Source: Syntrophales bacterium | GTDB lineage: Bacteria; Desulfobacterota; Syntrophia; Syntrophales; PHBD01 | Length of the DNA stretch: 64,000 nucleotides | Assembly (NCBI GenBank): GCA_963668175.1 | Contig: OY764159.1 | Location: 3,360,001 to 3,424,000, forward strand | Reading direction: 5' to 3' | In this document: piece after piece, positions 10,671 through 20,817 of the stretch | How positions within the stretch are numbered: the stretch's first letter is position 1 | How the letters are laid out: each line of letters opens with the position of its first letter | Notes under the pieces: model-generated | Database searches by the model: none | Seen by the model: the letters and a program-made list of their open reading frames with translations, nothing else | Told to the model about the DNA's origin: nothing | Program-made: the position numbers and the translations under genes

Positions 10671-11460
10671 TGTCTCTCAGGGCCGGCTCAAAACCGGCCT
10701 CAAGGACCGCGGGAATGACCATCGACAGGAACTCTCTGTAATCCCTCGTTATCGCCATTCCTTCTTCCATGATATCGCACAGCCCCTGCCGGATGTTACG
10801 GTCGTGAATGTCAAGGTCGAATTTGTCCATGATCAGGGCGGTTCGACCTTCCACGCTCATGAAGGCCTTCATCCTTTCCTCCGTATATACCGCATGTCCC
10901 TGCCTGATGGCTGCGGCCACGCGTTCCTTTTCGATTCCGCAGAGCCAGCCCAGCGTGGCGCTGAATTCGTCGATCCTCTCCGTGACAACGAGGTTGAGCG
11001 ATTCGATCAGTAAATCGATGAGCTCCTGCGGCCCCTCCGCCAGGCAAAGCACCAGGTCGAAAGCCGCCTCGACGATGATATGGGAACGATAGGCGGCGTC
11101 GCTCAGGGAAAGTTCCCGGCCGTTCTGCCGGTAGAGCGCCATGAGGAGAGGAACGAGAACCGCTCCCCTGGCATAGGCGTATCCCCCGGCATCCGGGTCG
11201 AAGTCGACGACGGGCGCAGGGACGATCCGGCCGTGATGGGCAAAGTCGTCCACCATCAGGTGGAAGACCGTGAACGCCCCCTTCTTATACGGTTCCGGCA
11301 GAGGCAGGACGCGGGGGATGCGGTGGGTGATATTGGAAGTAATGCCCGTGTGGATGGAAAGCATGTCCGGGGCGACATTGTAACAGAAGACGTCCATGTC
11401 GCGGCGCTCGACATCGCCGGTCAATTGGCTCAAAATCCATGTGTGGGTAAGCATCAGCAC
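10654..11460 (-). CDS. Hypothetical protein, possibly a Zn-dependent phospholipase C-like fold
   Basis: N-terminal [19 protein letters not shown]. Confidence 0.6.
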   Translation of the reverse strand: MLMLTHTWILSQLTGDVERRDMDVFCYNVAPDMLSIHTGITSNITHRIPRVLPLPEPYKKGAFTVFHLMVDDFAHHGRIVPAPVVDFDPDAGGYAYARGAVLVPLLMALYRQNGRELSLSDAAYRSHIIVEAAFDLVLCLAEGPQELIDLLIESLNLVVTERIDEFSATLGWLCGIEKERVAAAIRQGHAVYTEERMKAFMSVEGRTALIMDKFDLDIHDRNIRQGLCDIMEEGMAITRDYREFLSMVIPAVLEAGFEPALRDIRRPS

Positions 11461-11699
11461 GGGCGGGGTCTCACGGCCGGCAAGGGCTCAACTTCGGCAA
11501 AGGGTACATCCTCGTGCAGGGCGTCGAGGATTTTCTTCGCATCATCGAGAAAATCGGGCATGACGGCGACTTCCACCCTCGCTTCCGCCGGGTCCAGGGT
11601 CGTAACCGAGAAAAGCCCTTCGTACCCCTCCAGGAGATACTGCATGAGCACGATATCATGTGCATTGAGCCGGAATTGTCTTACGGTGATGCCTGTCAT
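11454..11699 (-). CDS. DUF4911-like small protein
   Basis: DI..LLEGYEGL.SVTTLDP pattern. Confidence 0.7.
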   Translation of the reverse strand: MTGITVRQFRLNAHDIVLMQYLLEGYEGLFSVTTLDPAEARVEVAVMPDFLDDAKKILDALHEDVPFAEVEPLPAVRPRPC

Positions 11700-11864
11700 C
11701 CGGAAAGCCCTTTCCTCGGCCGGCAGTAAATTGGCGATTTTTTGTTGCTATCACGCCCGCCGGGGAAATTCAAGAAGCAATTCTTAGCTTGACATCAAGT
11801 ACTATGTTGGTATTATGCAATGTGTTCAAACCCAACACCCTCTCGGAAATTCAGCGGCGGTTAA

Positions 11865-13613
11865 ATGACGAAAAGGAACAATACAATTTTACCGACGACA
11901 CAGTGGCGCTTATCGAGCGTCAGCAAGGACATCCAGGATAAATTGTCCCTGGATCTCGGCGTCCATCCCATCGTCTCCCAGATCCTGGCCAGCCGCGACA
12001 TCCTCACGTCCGAAGAGGGGGCCCGGTACCTTGCACCGTCGCTCAAGGATCTCCACAGCCCCTTTCTCATGAAGGACATGAAAAAAGGCGTCCATCGCCT
12101 GGCAAGAGCGATCCACAACCGCGAAAAGATCATGATTTACGGGGATTACGATGCCGACGGGATCACCTCCGTCGTCGTCCTGCTCAAATTTCTCCGGGAT
12201 GCCGCGGCCACGGTCGATTACTATATTCCCGACCGGCTTGCCGAAGGTTACAGCCTGAACAAAGGCGCAATCGAACGCATGAAGGCGGACGGCGTATCCT
12301 TGCTGATCACGGTCGATTGCGGCATTTCCGACCACGAGCAGATCGCCCATGCCCAGTCCCTGGGCATCGATACGATCATCCTGGACCACCACGAAGTGTC
12401 CGGTCCCGTTCCCGAGGCCGTGGCGGCCATCAATCCCCATCAGGCCGATTGCCAGTTCCCTTTCAAGCACCTGGCCGCCGTCGGGATCGTTTTCAATTTC
12501 CTCATTGCCCTCCGGGGAGTCCTGCGGCAGGACGGATTCTGGAACGGTAAGGCCTATCCGAATCTGAAGCAGTACCTGGACCTGGTCGCGTTGGGCACCA
12601 TCGGCGACATCGTTCCCCTGGTCGACGAAAACCGGATATTCGCCAAGATCGGCCTGGGGCTCATCACCGAGGAATGGCGCGTCGGCCTCAAGGCCTTGAA
12701 GGAAGTATGCGGCATCGACAACCAGTCGGTGGATTCCGCCAAGGCATCGTTCAACCTGATCCCGAGGATCAACGCCCCGGGACGGATCGCCTCGCCCCAG
12801 GACGCCGTCCAGCTCCTGATGACGAACGACATGGAAGAGGCCCGGCAGATCGCCCGCAAGCTCGATTCCCACAACCGGAAGCGCCAGGACATAGAAAAGG
12901 CCATCCTGAAGGAAATCATCGACGACATCGAAGGTTCCTCAAGCCATGAAAAGGGGCGCGTCTTCGTTTACGCCTCCTCGAAATGGCACCCCGGCGTCAT
13001 CGGCATCGTCGCCTCCCGCCTCGTGGACCGTTACTACCGGCCGGCGATCCTGATCAGCCTCAAGGACGGCGTCGGCAAGGGTTCGGGCCGCAGCATCGCC
13101 GATTTCGACATCTATCAGGGCTTGAAAAAATGCGACTCGCTTCTCTTATCGTATGGGGGGCATCGCTTTGCGGCGGGCATTTCCATTCGCGAGGAGGACA
13201 TCGCCAGCTTCGCGAGCCAATTGGAGGAGATCGTCAGCACGGACACCAAGGAATCCGATTTCGTAAGCCAGACGCTGATCGACGCCCAGTGCAACCTGAC
13301 GGACATCAACCACCGCCTCCTTACGGAAATAGACCGGCTGGCCCCGTTCGGCACGTGCAACCCGGAACCGGTCTTATGCGTGCGGAACGTCAGCATCGCC
13401 TCGCCGGCCGTCGTGGGGAACAATCACCTGCGCATGAGGATCAACAGCGACGGCGTCTCGTGCAATTCCATCTGGTTCAGCAAGGGTCAATACATGCAGG
13501 CCATCGCCGGTTCCGCCGTCGACATCGTCTTTACGCCCCAGATCAACAACTGGAACGGCTCCTCGGACATCCAGCTGAAGATGAAGGATATCGCCCTGCC
13601 CTCCGGATCGTAG
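11865..13613 (+). CDS. recJ: ssDNA-specific exonuclease RecJ
   Basis: GDYDADG, TVDCG, DHH, GSGRS, GGH..AAG. Confidence 0.96.
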   Translation: MTKRNNTILPTTQWRLSSVSKDIQDKLSLDLGVHPIVSQILASRDILTSEEGARYLAPSLKDLHSPFLMKDMKKGVHRLARAIHNREKIMIYGDYDADGITSVVVLLKFLRDAAATVDYYIPDRLAEGYSLNKGAIERMKADGVSLLITVDCGISDHEQIAHAQSLGIDTIILDHHEVSGPVPEAVAAINPHQADCQFPFKHLAAVGIVFNFLIALRGVLRQDGFWNGKAYPNLKQYLDLVALGTIGDIVPLVDENRIFAKIGLGLITEEWRVGLKALKEVCGIDNQSVDSAKASFNLIPRINAPGRIASPQDAVQLLMTNDMEEARQIARKLDSHNRKRQDIEKAILKEIIDDIEGSSSHEKGRVFVYASSKWHPGVIGIVASRLVDRYYRPAILISLKDGVGKGSGRSIADFDIYQGLKKCDSLLLSYGGHRFAAGISIREEDIASFASQLEEIVSTDTKESDFVSQTLIDAQCNLTDINHRLLTEIDRLAPFGTCNPEPVLCVRNVSIASPAVVGNNHLRMRINSDGVSCNSIWFSKGQYMQAIAGSAVDIVFTPQINNWNGSSDIQLKMKDIALPSGS

Positions 13614-13646
13614 ACGTCCTTCCGCTCCGCAAAATCCGCCCGGGTC

Positions 13647-13988
13647 TCAGCCTTTCGCCTTTTTTATCGCTGCGTCTTCGTCCGGACAGACCGGAAACAT
13701 CGATTCGAAACCCGAAATTTTAAAAACGTTCAGGACCGTCTCTCCGAGGGCTGCAAAGATGAGGCCGCCGCCCTGCGCCTTGAGAAACTTCGCAATGGAC
13801 AGGATGGCCCGAAGTCCCGCGCTGCTGATATATTCGACGTCGGCGAAATTCAAAATCAGGTGCCGGCAGCCCGTCTTCCCGGCCAGGTCCTTGACGGCCG
13901 CCTCGAACGCCCCGGCCGTGACCGCGTCGATCCTCCCCCTGGGAGCCGCAACCGCAAACTGTTCTTCGTGTCTCGTTTGCATATCCAT
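13647..13988 (-). CDS. STAS domain anti-sigma factor antagonist
   Basis: GRID, VEYISSAGLR, VFKISGF; start reset. Confidence 0.88.
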   Translation of the reverse strand: MDMQTRHEEQFAVAAPRGRIDAVTAGAFEAAVKDLAGKTGCRHLILNFADVEYISSAGLRAILSIAKFLKAQGGGLIFAALGETVLNVFKISGFESMFPVCPDEDAAIKKAKG

Positions 13989-14034
13989 AAGAACCGCCTT
14001 TTTTACGAAACGTGCCTGACGTCGCCCCGTGTTC

Positions 14035-15174
14035 CTAGACAACCGTCAGCATGACATAGGCCATGGAGAACCGGCCGCTTTCGGGAATGAAGCAGAGGAC
14101 CTTCTGGCCTTCCCGGAGTTTCCCCGAATGGAACAGCTCCTCCATCATGACGTAGATGGATGCGGAGCCCGTATTGCCCTTCGTGCTTAAATTGGAAAAC
14201 CATTTCTCGTAGGGAATGGCAAACCCGATCCCCTCCAGGGCGCGATAGAGCTTTTCCCGGAAATAGTCGGACGAGTAGTGGGGAAGGAACCAGTCGATGT
14301 CGTCCGCCCTGAGGTCCCGCTTGGCGATGGTCGCTGCCAGGGCCTTGTCCACCGCCGCCTTGACGACCTCTTCATTTAAAATAACCGTATCCTGCTTGAT
14401 GGCGAAATAGTTCTTCTCCAGCGCTTCCTGGATCGTATCGAGCTGGCGCCAGCCCGTGACGGACCCGTCCTTGTTCTTCACCGCCCCTGCAAACATGCAG
14501 GTGTCGTAGTTCCCGGCGTAGGAGACGTGGTCGATCCAGTCCACCAAAAGGGAAGGCCTGTCCGCGTTGGGTTTCCCGGACATATAGACGGCCCCGGCGG
14601 CATCGGAAAGCATCCACCGGAGAAAGTCCGACTCGAAGGCTAGAAGCGGGCTCTTTTCGACGTCCGGGTCCGGCAGGTGCTCGAAGAAATTCGACCGGAT
14701 CACCGACGAAGCCAGCTCCGAGCCCGTGGAGACGGCATTCGCGGATATTCCCAGGGCGACGTTCATGTAGGCGAATTTGAAGGCGGTGATGCCGGCGAGG
14801 CAGATACCGGCCGTGGAAACGACCTCGCAGGGGGGCGATCCCAGTTCCCCGTGGACCATAAGCCCGTGGCCCGGCGCCATGACGTCGGCCATGGTCGTCC
14901 CGCAGCAGAGGCATTCGATATCGGCGACGGAAAATCCCTTGTAGGGCGAAAGCCTGCGGACGGCCTCCGCCGTCAGTTGGGCGTTCGTATGGGTCAATTT
15001 CCCCGTCGCCGGGTCGATCGCATAATACCGCGTGGCTATCTTGTTGTTGTCCAGGATGCGGTTCTTGATCCTCGACGGCAGGTTTCTGATCCGGCCGACG
15101 ATATCCTCGATCCGGTCGTTGCCGACCGGCTCGTTGGGGAGAAAGGCGGCGATATCGTTGATATAGACGTTCAT
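14035..15174 (-). CDS. StlD/DarB-type beta-ketoacyl-ACP synthase III
   Basis: FLRWMLSDAAGA, FLPHYSS, GNTGSAS, FIPESGRFS; catalytic Cys in AGIC. Confidence 0.88.
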   Translation of the reverse strand: MNVYINDIAAFLPNEPVGNDRIEDIVGRIRNLPSRIKNRILDNNKIATRYYAIDPATGKLTHTNAQLTAEAVRRLSPYKGFSVADIECLCCGTTMADVMAPGHGLMVHGELGSPPCEVVSTAGICLAGITAFKFAYMNVALGISANAVSTGSELASSVIRSNFFEHLPDPDVEKSPLLAFESDFLRWMLSDAAGAVYMSGKPNADRPSLLVDWIDHVSYAGNYDTCMFAGAVKNKDGSVTGWRQLDTIQEALEKNYFAIKQDTVILNEEVVKAAVDKALAATIAKRDLRADDIDWFLPHYSSDYFREKLYRALEGIGFAIPYEKWFSNLSTKGNTGSASIYVMMEELFHSGKLREGQKVLCFIPESGRFSMAYVMLTVV

Positions 15175-16484
15175 CAGGCCTCCTTGGTCTGTTGTCCCTT
15201 GCCGTGCAGCCGTTTGACCAGTTCGGAGAAGGTCCGGTAGAAGGACGCTTCGCTCATCCTGGTTCGTACGACGGCGTTGGTGAAGGTATAGTAATCGAGA
15301 TCGTGGACGACGATCCGGTCTTTCATATTTTCATAGAGGGGCGTTCCCGGAATGGGCGTCAGGACGGAAAGCATGGGGATATGGATCTTCCGTTCCGTGA
15401 CGAACCGCTCCAGCCTTTCGAAATCCGCATCCTCGTAATCGGGCGATACGATGAAATCCCCGACGATCATGAGCCCCAGTTCGTGCAGGCATTCGACGGC
15501 CTCGGGGATGACTTCGGGTTTGTATTTCTTGCGGTAGGCATCGAGCCTCCCGGCCTCCAGGTCCTCGAATCCGACGACGACGCCGAACAGGCCCGCCTCT
15601 TTCCAGCGCGCCAGCATGTCCCGGTTCTCCCGCACCGTATCGGCCCGCACATCGGCGACAAACCGCATCTTGACGCCCTGCGCCATGATCAGTTCGCAGA
15701 GTTTCTCCGATTGGGCGGGATCGCCGAAGGTATTGGCGTCGACCATCCGTATAAAGGGGATGTCGCCCAGAAGGCCGATATCCCGGACGACAGAAGCCGG
15801 GGAATGCGTCAGGTAACGGCCGCCCGTAACGGCGGGGATCGTGCAGAACGAACACCGGTGGGTGCAGCCGTAGGCCGTGATGACGAACCCCATCTTCATC
15901 TTTAGCCTCTCCACGGCGTACCGGTCACGCCAGGCCTCGACCAGGTCGTAGCGGGGCGGGCAGCCGTCCATCAGGTCGTCCGCCGAATAGGACCGGGGGA
16001 CGATCGAGAGCGCCCTTCCCGGGGCTGTCCTGGCGATGCCGGGGATGCCCTCCCCCGTTCCGCCCGCCGCGAGCTTTCCGATCAGTTCGGCGAAGCTCCG
16101 CTTGCCGATGCCGCAGACGACGAAGTCGATCTCCGGCCTGTTGAAAAAAGCCGGGTCGCAGGTCGCATGGCTGCCGCCGACGACGACGACGGTATTGCGG
16201 TATTCCTTGAGGCGGGCCGCCTGGCGGAGGACCGTCCGGGCCTCGCAGGTCACGGCCGTAAAACCGACGACATCGGGACGGAAGGAGGCGTACCGTTCCC
16301 AGAGGACCTCCTCGTCTTCGCATTTCAGGTCCAGGATCGCGACGTCATGGCCGTCCAGGGCGCCCGCCAGGACTTCCAGGGCAAAGGGCTCTCCCTTGAA
16401 TATCTGTTTGATGGAAACGATGCCGTACTCCTCTTCGGGAATGCTGCGGCCCGAGTTGGGAGGATTGACCAGCATGACTCTCAT
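15174..16484 (-). CDS. Cobalamin-binding radical SAM protein
   Basis: B12-binding N-terminus (GGSHAT), CTHRCSFC; start reset to MRVMLVNPP. Confidence 0.9.
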   Translation of the reverse strand: MRVMLVNPPNSGRSIPEEEYGIVSIKQIFKGEPFALEVLAGALDGHDVAILDLKCEDEEVLWERYASFRPDVVGFTAVTCEARTVLRQAARLKEYRNTVVVVGGSHATCDPAFFNRPEIDFVVCGIGKRSFAELIGKLAAGGTGEGIPGIARTAPGRALSIVPRSYSADDLMDGCPPRYDLVEAWRDRYAVERLKMKMGFVITAYGCTHRCSFCTIPAVTGGRYLTHSPASVVRDIGLLGDIPFIRMVDANTFGDPAQSEKLCELIMAQGVKMRFVADVRADTVRENRDMLARWKEAGLFGVVVGFEDLEAGRLDAYRKKYKPEVIPEAVECLHELGLMIVGDFIVSPDYEDADFERLERFVTERKIHIPMLSVLTPIPGTPLYENMKDRIVVHDLDYYTFTNAVVRTRMSEASFYRTFSELVKRLHGKGQQTKEA

Positions 16485-16701
16485 GGCGGCCTTTCTGTTA
16501 ATCGCTGAAATTTTACAATAAAAGGGATTCCGGTTAGGGTTACTATCGGAAGTGGGGATTTGTGTCAATCATAAAGAACCGGCCGGTCCCGCCCGGAGGA
16601 CCGGCCTTATATAAACATATCATTAACATCCCATCGTCAGGCCGCATCGTTCGCCTGTATCGACGGAAAAGTCCGGCACATCGCGCCCGGCCGGACCCGT
16701 C

Positions 16702-17955
16702 TCACGTTTCCTGCCAGCGCAGGTCCGCCACCAGGGGTTCGTCGGCCGCCATCGTGCCCGGGGCCACGATCTCCAGGCAGTCGATCCCGACGGTGCATAT
16801 CTCCCGGAAGGTCTTCCGGAAGGCGTCCTCGAAACCCGTGCCGGGAGCGGCCGCCTCCACGCGGACGGTCAGGACGTCCTCGTAGCCGGAACGGCTGACC
16901 TGTGCCTGGATGCGGACGTCCGGATACTTCGCCCCGACGGCCTTCAACTGGCTCGGGGCCACGAAGAGGCCGCGGACCTTGACGGCATCCCCTACACGGC
17001 CGGCGATGCCGTCGAGGCGCAGGGATGTCCGCCCGCAGGCGCAGGGTGTTTCTATGAACCGGGAGAGATCCCCCGTCCCGAAGCGCATGAGGTAGAAGAT
17101 GTCGTTGAAGCGGGTCACGACGATTTCCCCCAGTTGGCCGTGCTCGACGCTCCGTCCCGTCGCCGGGTCGACCAGCTCGACGAGAACCTCCTCGCAGATG
17201 TGCCAGCCCTTCTTTTCCCGGCACTCGTAGGCGATGTCCCCCACTTCTGTGGCGCCGTACATCGAGTACGTGTCGATGCCGTAATGCTTCTCGAAGATTT
17301 CGCGCACGGCGGGCAAAAGAGGCTCCGCCCCGAAACAGGCCTTTCGCACCCGGAAATCCTTCCGGAAGTCGTATCCCAGCTCCTCGGCCTTCTTGACGAT
17401 GGCCATCAGGAAACTGGGCGTGCCGGTGTAGGCCGTCACTTTAAGATCGCGGATGAGCCGGACCTGCACTTCGCTTCCGGACGTGCCCGACGGAACGACC
17501 GTCGCGCCCGTCTTCCGCAGGCCGTTGTGGAAAGTCAGCCCGGCGGCGACCATATGATAGGAAAAGGCGTTGAGGGCGATATCGCCCGGGCCGATGCCCG
17601 CCGCGTGGTATGCCCTCGCCCACAGCGGATCGGTTTCGGACAGGTGGGGTTCGTAGACGGGGCCGGGAGAGATGAAGATCCGGTCCACCGGGACGGAAGG
17701 ATCTTCGAAGCCGCCGTAGGGGGGCTCTTCCGCTTCCATTTCGACCAGTCTCTCCCTCGTCACGACCGGGATCTGCTCCAGATCGTCAAGGCTGTGCACG
17801 GACGTGGACGCCACGCCCGCCTCGTTCAAAATGGCCCGTACCCGCTTCGACCGCTCGTACCCCCGGACGATCATGTCCCGGATCTTTTGGGTCTGGTATT
17901 TTACCCTCGCCTCGCGAGGCATGGCCTCCCTGTCGTCGTAATATGCTTGCTGCAT
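16702..17955 (-). CDS. Phenylacetate-CoA ligase family protein
   Basis: GTPSFL, YGATE, RFGTGDLS, GRVGDAVKVRG; AAGGAG RBS before ATG 17955. Confidence 0.85.
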   Translation of the reverse strand: MQQAYYDDREAMPREARVKYQTQKIRDMIVRGYERSKRVRAILNEAGVASTSVHSLDDLEQIPVVTRERLVEMEAEEPPYGGFEDPSVPVDRIFISPGPVYEPHLSETDPLWARAYHAAGIGPGDIALNAFSYHMVAAGLTFHNGLRKTGATVVPSGTSGSEVQVRLIRDLKVTAYTGTPSFLMAIVKKAEELGYDFRKDFRVRKACFGAEPLLPAVREIFEKHYGIDTYSMYGATEVGDIAYECREKKGWHICEEVLVELVDPATGRSVEHGQLGEIVVTRFNDIFYLMRFGTGDLSRFIETPCACGRTSLRLDGIAGRVGDAVKVRGLFVAPSQLKAVGAKYPDVRIQAQVSRSGYEDVLTVRVEAAAPGTGFEDAFRKTFREICTVGIDCLEIVAPGTMAADEPLVADLRWQET

Positions 17956-18041
17956 GGCACACTCCTTCGTTATGCAAATGCGTTTCCGGCCTGTTCCCTC
18001 CGGCGCCGCGGCGCCGGAACGGCCGCATGGTTCCGTCTTCT

Positions 18042-18842
18042 TCACAGCCACCGTTTCCGCCGCCGGTAGGATTTGACGTTCCGGTAAGAACGGGCATCCC
18101 CGGAGGCGGCCATACCCAGGTAGAACTCCCTGATGTCGGGATTGTCGGCCAGATCGGCGGAAGCCCCCTCCATGACGATCTTGCCGTTTTCCATGATATA
18201 ACCGAAGTGCGCAACCTGCAAGGCCATGTGGGCGTTCTGCTCCACGAGGACGATCGTCGTGCCCTGCTCTTCGTTGATGCGCTTGATGATCCTGAAGATT
18301 TCAGCCACGATCAGGGGGGCCAGCCCCAGGGACGGCTCGTCGAGCAGCAGAAGCTGGGGGTGGGCCATGAGGGCCCGGCCGATGACAAGCATCTGGAGTT
18401 CGCCGCCGCTGCAATATCCCGCCAGACTCTTCCGCCGTGTCAACAGCGCCGGGAAATAGTCGTAGACCAGGTCCAGGTCTTTTTTATAGGGTTTCCCCCA
18501 GCGGGTGGCGGTTCCCACCCGGAGGTTCTCCTCGATGGTCAGATACTTGAAGGGCTGCCGGCCTTCCAGGACCTGGATGATGCCCTGGCGGGTGATCTCT
18601 TCCGGGGCCCGGTTCTGGATCGAGGTCCCGCCGTAGACGATGGACCCGTCGGTAACCTCGCCGTTTTCGGGCTTGAGCAGGCCGGAGATGGCCTTGAGCG
18701 TCGTCGTCTTTCCGGCGCCGTTGCTGCCGAGGAGGCAGACGATCCGCTTCTCGGGAACGGCCAGGGAGACGCCTTTTAAGACCTGGATGACGTCCGAGTA
18801 GACCACGGAGATATTGTTGATCTGAAGCAGGGTATTGTCCAT
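18042..18842 (-). CDS. ABC transporter ATP-binding protein (LivF-like)
   Basis: GSNGAGKTT, SGGE, LLLDEPSLGLAP. Confidence 0.92.
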   Translation of the reverse strand: MDNTLLQINNISVVYSDVIQVLKGVSLAVPEKRIVCLLGSNGAGKTTTLKAISGLLKPENGEVTDGSIVYGGTSIQNRAPEEITRQGIIQVLEGRQPFKYLTIEENLRVGTATRWGKPYKKDLDLVYDYFPALLTRRKSLAGYCSGGELQMLVIGRALMAHPQLLLLDEPSLGLAPLIVAEIFRIIKRINEEQGTTIVLVEQNAHMALQVAHFGYIMENGKIVMEGASADLADNPDIREFYLGMAASGDARSYRNVKSYRRRKRWL

Positions 18843-18851
18843 GGCGGCACC

Positions 18852-19922
18852 TCAGTAAGAGAACGGCCAGAGCCGGAAACTGGAGCGGACGATCCGCCAT
18901 ACCTCGGCGAGTCCCCGCGGTTCAAGCAGGATAAAGAGGACGATGGCGAGCCCGAAGACGAACTCCCGCAGGGGCGCAAGGTTGACGCCCGTCCCCGAGA
19001 AGACGCCCATGTTCATCATGAGGTCCGTCGTGTAACGCAGGATCTCGTTCAGGCCCGTAATGAAGACCGCCCCGAAGATCGCCCCGGCCATGTTGCCCAT
19101 GCCGCCGATGATGACCATGGCGATATACTCGACGGAGAGCCCCAGGTTGAAGGGCTCCGTCGTGATGCTCACCATGTAGTACGCCCAGACGGCCCCGGCG
19201 ATTCCGGCGTAGAAGGAGCTTATCCCGAAGGAGAGGAGCTTGTAGCGGAAAATCGGGATGCCCATGCCCTCGGCGGCCCGGTCATTGTCCCGGATGGCCA
19301 CGAAGGCCCTGCCGTACTTCGTCCGCATGAGATTGACCGCCATAAGGAGCATCGCTGCGAGCAGCATGAAGATGACGTAAAAGAAACTGAGGTCTCCGGC
19401 GATCTCCATACCGAAAAACGTGCCCGGGGGCAGCGTGATGCCCATGGTGCCCTTGGTCACGGACTCCCAGTGGATGAGGACGTATTCGATGATGAACTGG
19501 CCGGCCAGCGTGGCGATGGTCAGATACAGCCCTTTCAGGCGCGAGGACGGCAGGCCGAAGATCATGCCCACGAAGGCGGTGATCAGACCGGCGGCCGGAA
19601 TGACCGTCCAGATGGGGAGGCCGAATTCCGTCGCCAGGACGCCGGCGGCATAGGCCCCGACGCCGAAGAAGGCCCCGTGCCCCAGGGAGATCTGGCCCGT
19701 GTAGCCGATGAGGATGTTGAGGCCGATGGCGGCAATCGCGGCGATCCCGATGGAGTTGATCACATAAAGGAGATAGGGCGTGCTGACGAACGGGACGACG
19801 GCGAAGAACAACAGCGCCCCGATCAGCACAGCGGCCCGCCCGTAATCGGTTTCGAAGATGCTCAGCTCTTCCCGGTAGTCTTCGCGGAAATTGCCGCAGG
19901 GATGGAATTGCAGTTTTTTCAT
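18852..19922 (-). CDS. Branched-chain amino acid-type ABC permease (LivM-like)
   Basis: GYTGQISLGHGAF, AIRDN. Confidence 0.92.
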   Translation of the reverse strand: MKKLQFHPCGNFREDYREELSIFETDYGRAAVLIGALLFFAVVPFVSTPYLLYVINSIGIAAIAAIGLNILIGYTGQISLGHGAFFGVGAYAAGVLATEFGLPIWTVIPAAGLITAFVGMIFGLPSSRLKGLYLTIATLAGQFIIEYVLIHWESVTKGTMGITLPPGTFFGMEIAGDLSFFYVIFMLLAAMLLMAVNLMRTKYGRAFVAIRDNDRAAEGMGIPIFRYKLLSFGISSFYAGIAGAVWAYYMVSITTEPFNLGLSVEYIAMVIIGGMGNMAGAIFGAVFITGLNEILRYTTDLMMNMGVFSGTGVNLAPLREFVFGLAIVLFILLEPRGLAEVWRIVRSSFRLWPFSY

Positions 19923-19923
19923 G

Positions 19924-20802
19924 CTACACCCTCTCGATCTCGACGAGGCCGAAGAGCCCGTAAGGCTTGACCATCAGGATGAAGACGAGGACGATGTAGG
20001 GCACCACGTCCTTGAGGGACGAGGAGAGATACCCGCCGGTGAAGGTCTCCAGAAGCCCGATGATGAGGCCGCCGATGATGGCGCCGCCGATGCTGTCCAG
20101 CCCGCCCAGGATCACGACGGGAAAGACCTTGAGGCCGACGGACGAAAGGTCGTGGACGTTGATGCCGTTGATGATCCCGAGGACGATGCCGCTCATGCCC
20201 GCCACGAGCGCGGCGATGGCCCACGACAGGGCGAAGACCCGCTGGACGTGGACGCCGAGCGAGAGTGCCGCCTTCTGGTTGTCCGCCACGGACCTCATGT
20301 AGATGCCCTGGGACGAGTATTTGAAGAAGAGGCCGAACAGGGCGAGAAACAGGGTGCCGATGAGGAGCGTCGCCGAATAGACGGGCGGGATGTTGACCGG
20401 ACCTACATCGATGCCGATGCCCGCCGGCAGAAAGTCGGGATACGTCTGCAGATTGCCGCCGAAGACGAGGAGCAGAAGCCCTCTGAACATGGCGGCCAGC
20501 CCCACCGTCAGCATGATGACGAAGATCAGCGGTTCGCCGATCAGGGGCCGGAGGAAGAGGCGTTCCACCACGAATCCCATGATGAAGCAGCCGATGAGGG
20601 TCAGCAGGAATGCGAGCCAGATCGGCGCCTGCGCCCAGGTCACGAGCGACAGGAAAAGAAAGGCGCCTATCGCCAGAAGCTCGCCGTGGGCGAAGTTAAG
20701 GACGCTGGAGGACTTGAAGATCATCACGAATCCCATCGCCGACAGGCCGTAGAGAAACCCCACGCAGAGTCCGTTCACCAAGAGTTGCAGAAAAAAATCC
20801 AT
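19924..20802 (-). CDS. Branched-chain amino acid-type ABC permease (LivH-like)
   Basis: NFAHGE, VILGGL, KPYGLFG. Confidence 0.92.
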   Translation of the reverse strand: MDFFLQLLVNGLCVGFLYGLSAMGFVMIFKSSSVLNFAHGELLAIGAFLFLSLVTWAQAPIWLAFLLTLIGCFIMGFVVERLFLRPLIGEPLIFVIMLTVGLAAMFRGLLLLVFGGNLQTYPDFLPAGIGIDVGPVNIPPVYSATLLIGTLFLALFGLFFKYSSQGIYMRSVADNQKAALSLGVHVQRVFALSWAIAALVAGMSGIVLGIINGINVHDLSSVGLKVFPVVILGGLDSIGGAIIGGLIIGLLETFTGGYLSSSLKDVVPYIVLVFILMVKPYGLFGLVEIERV

Positions 20803-20817
20803 CCCGTTTCCTCCGTT

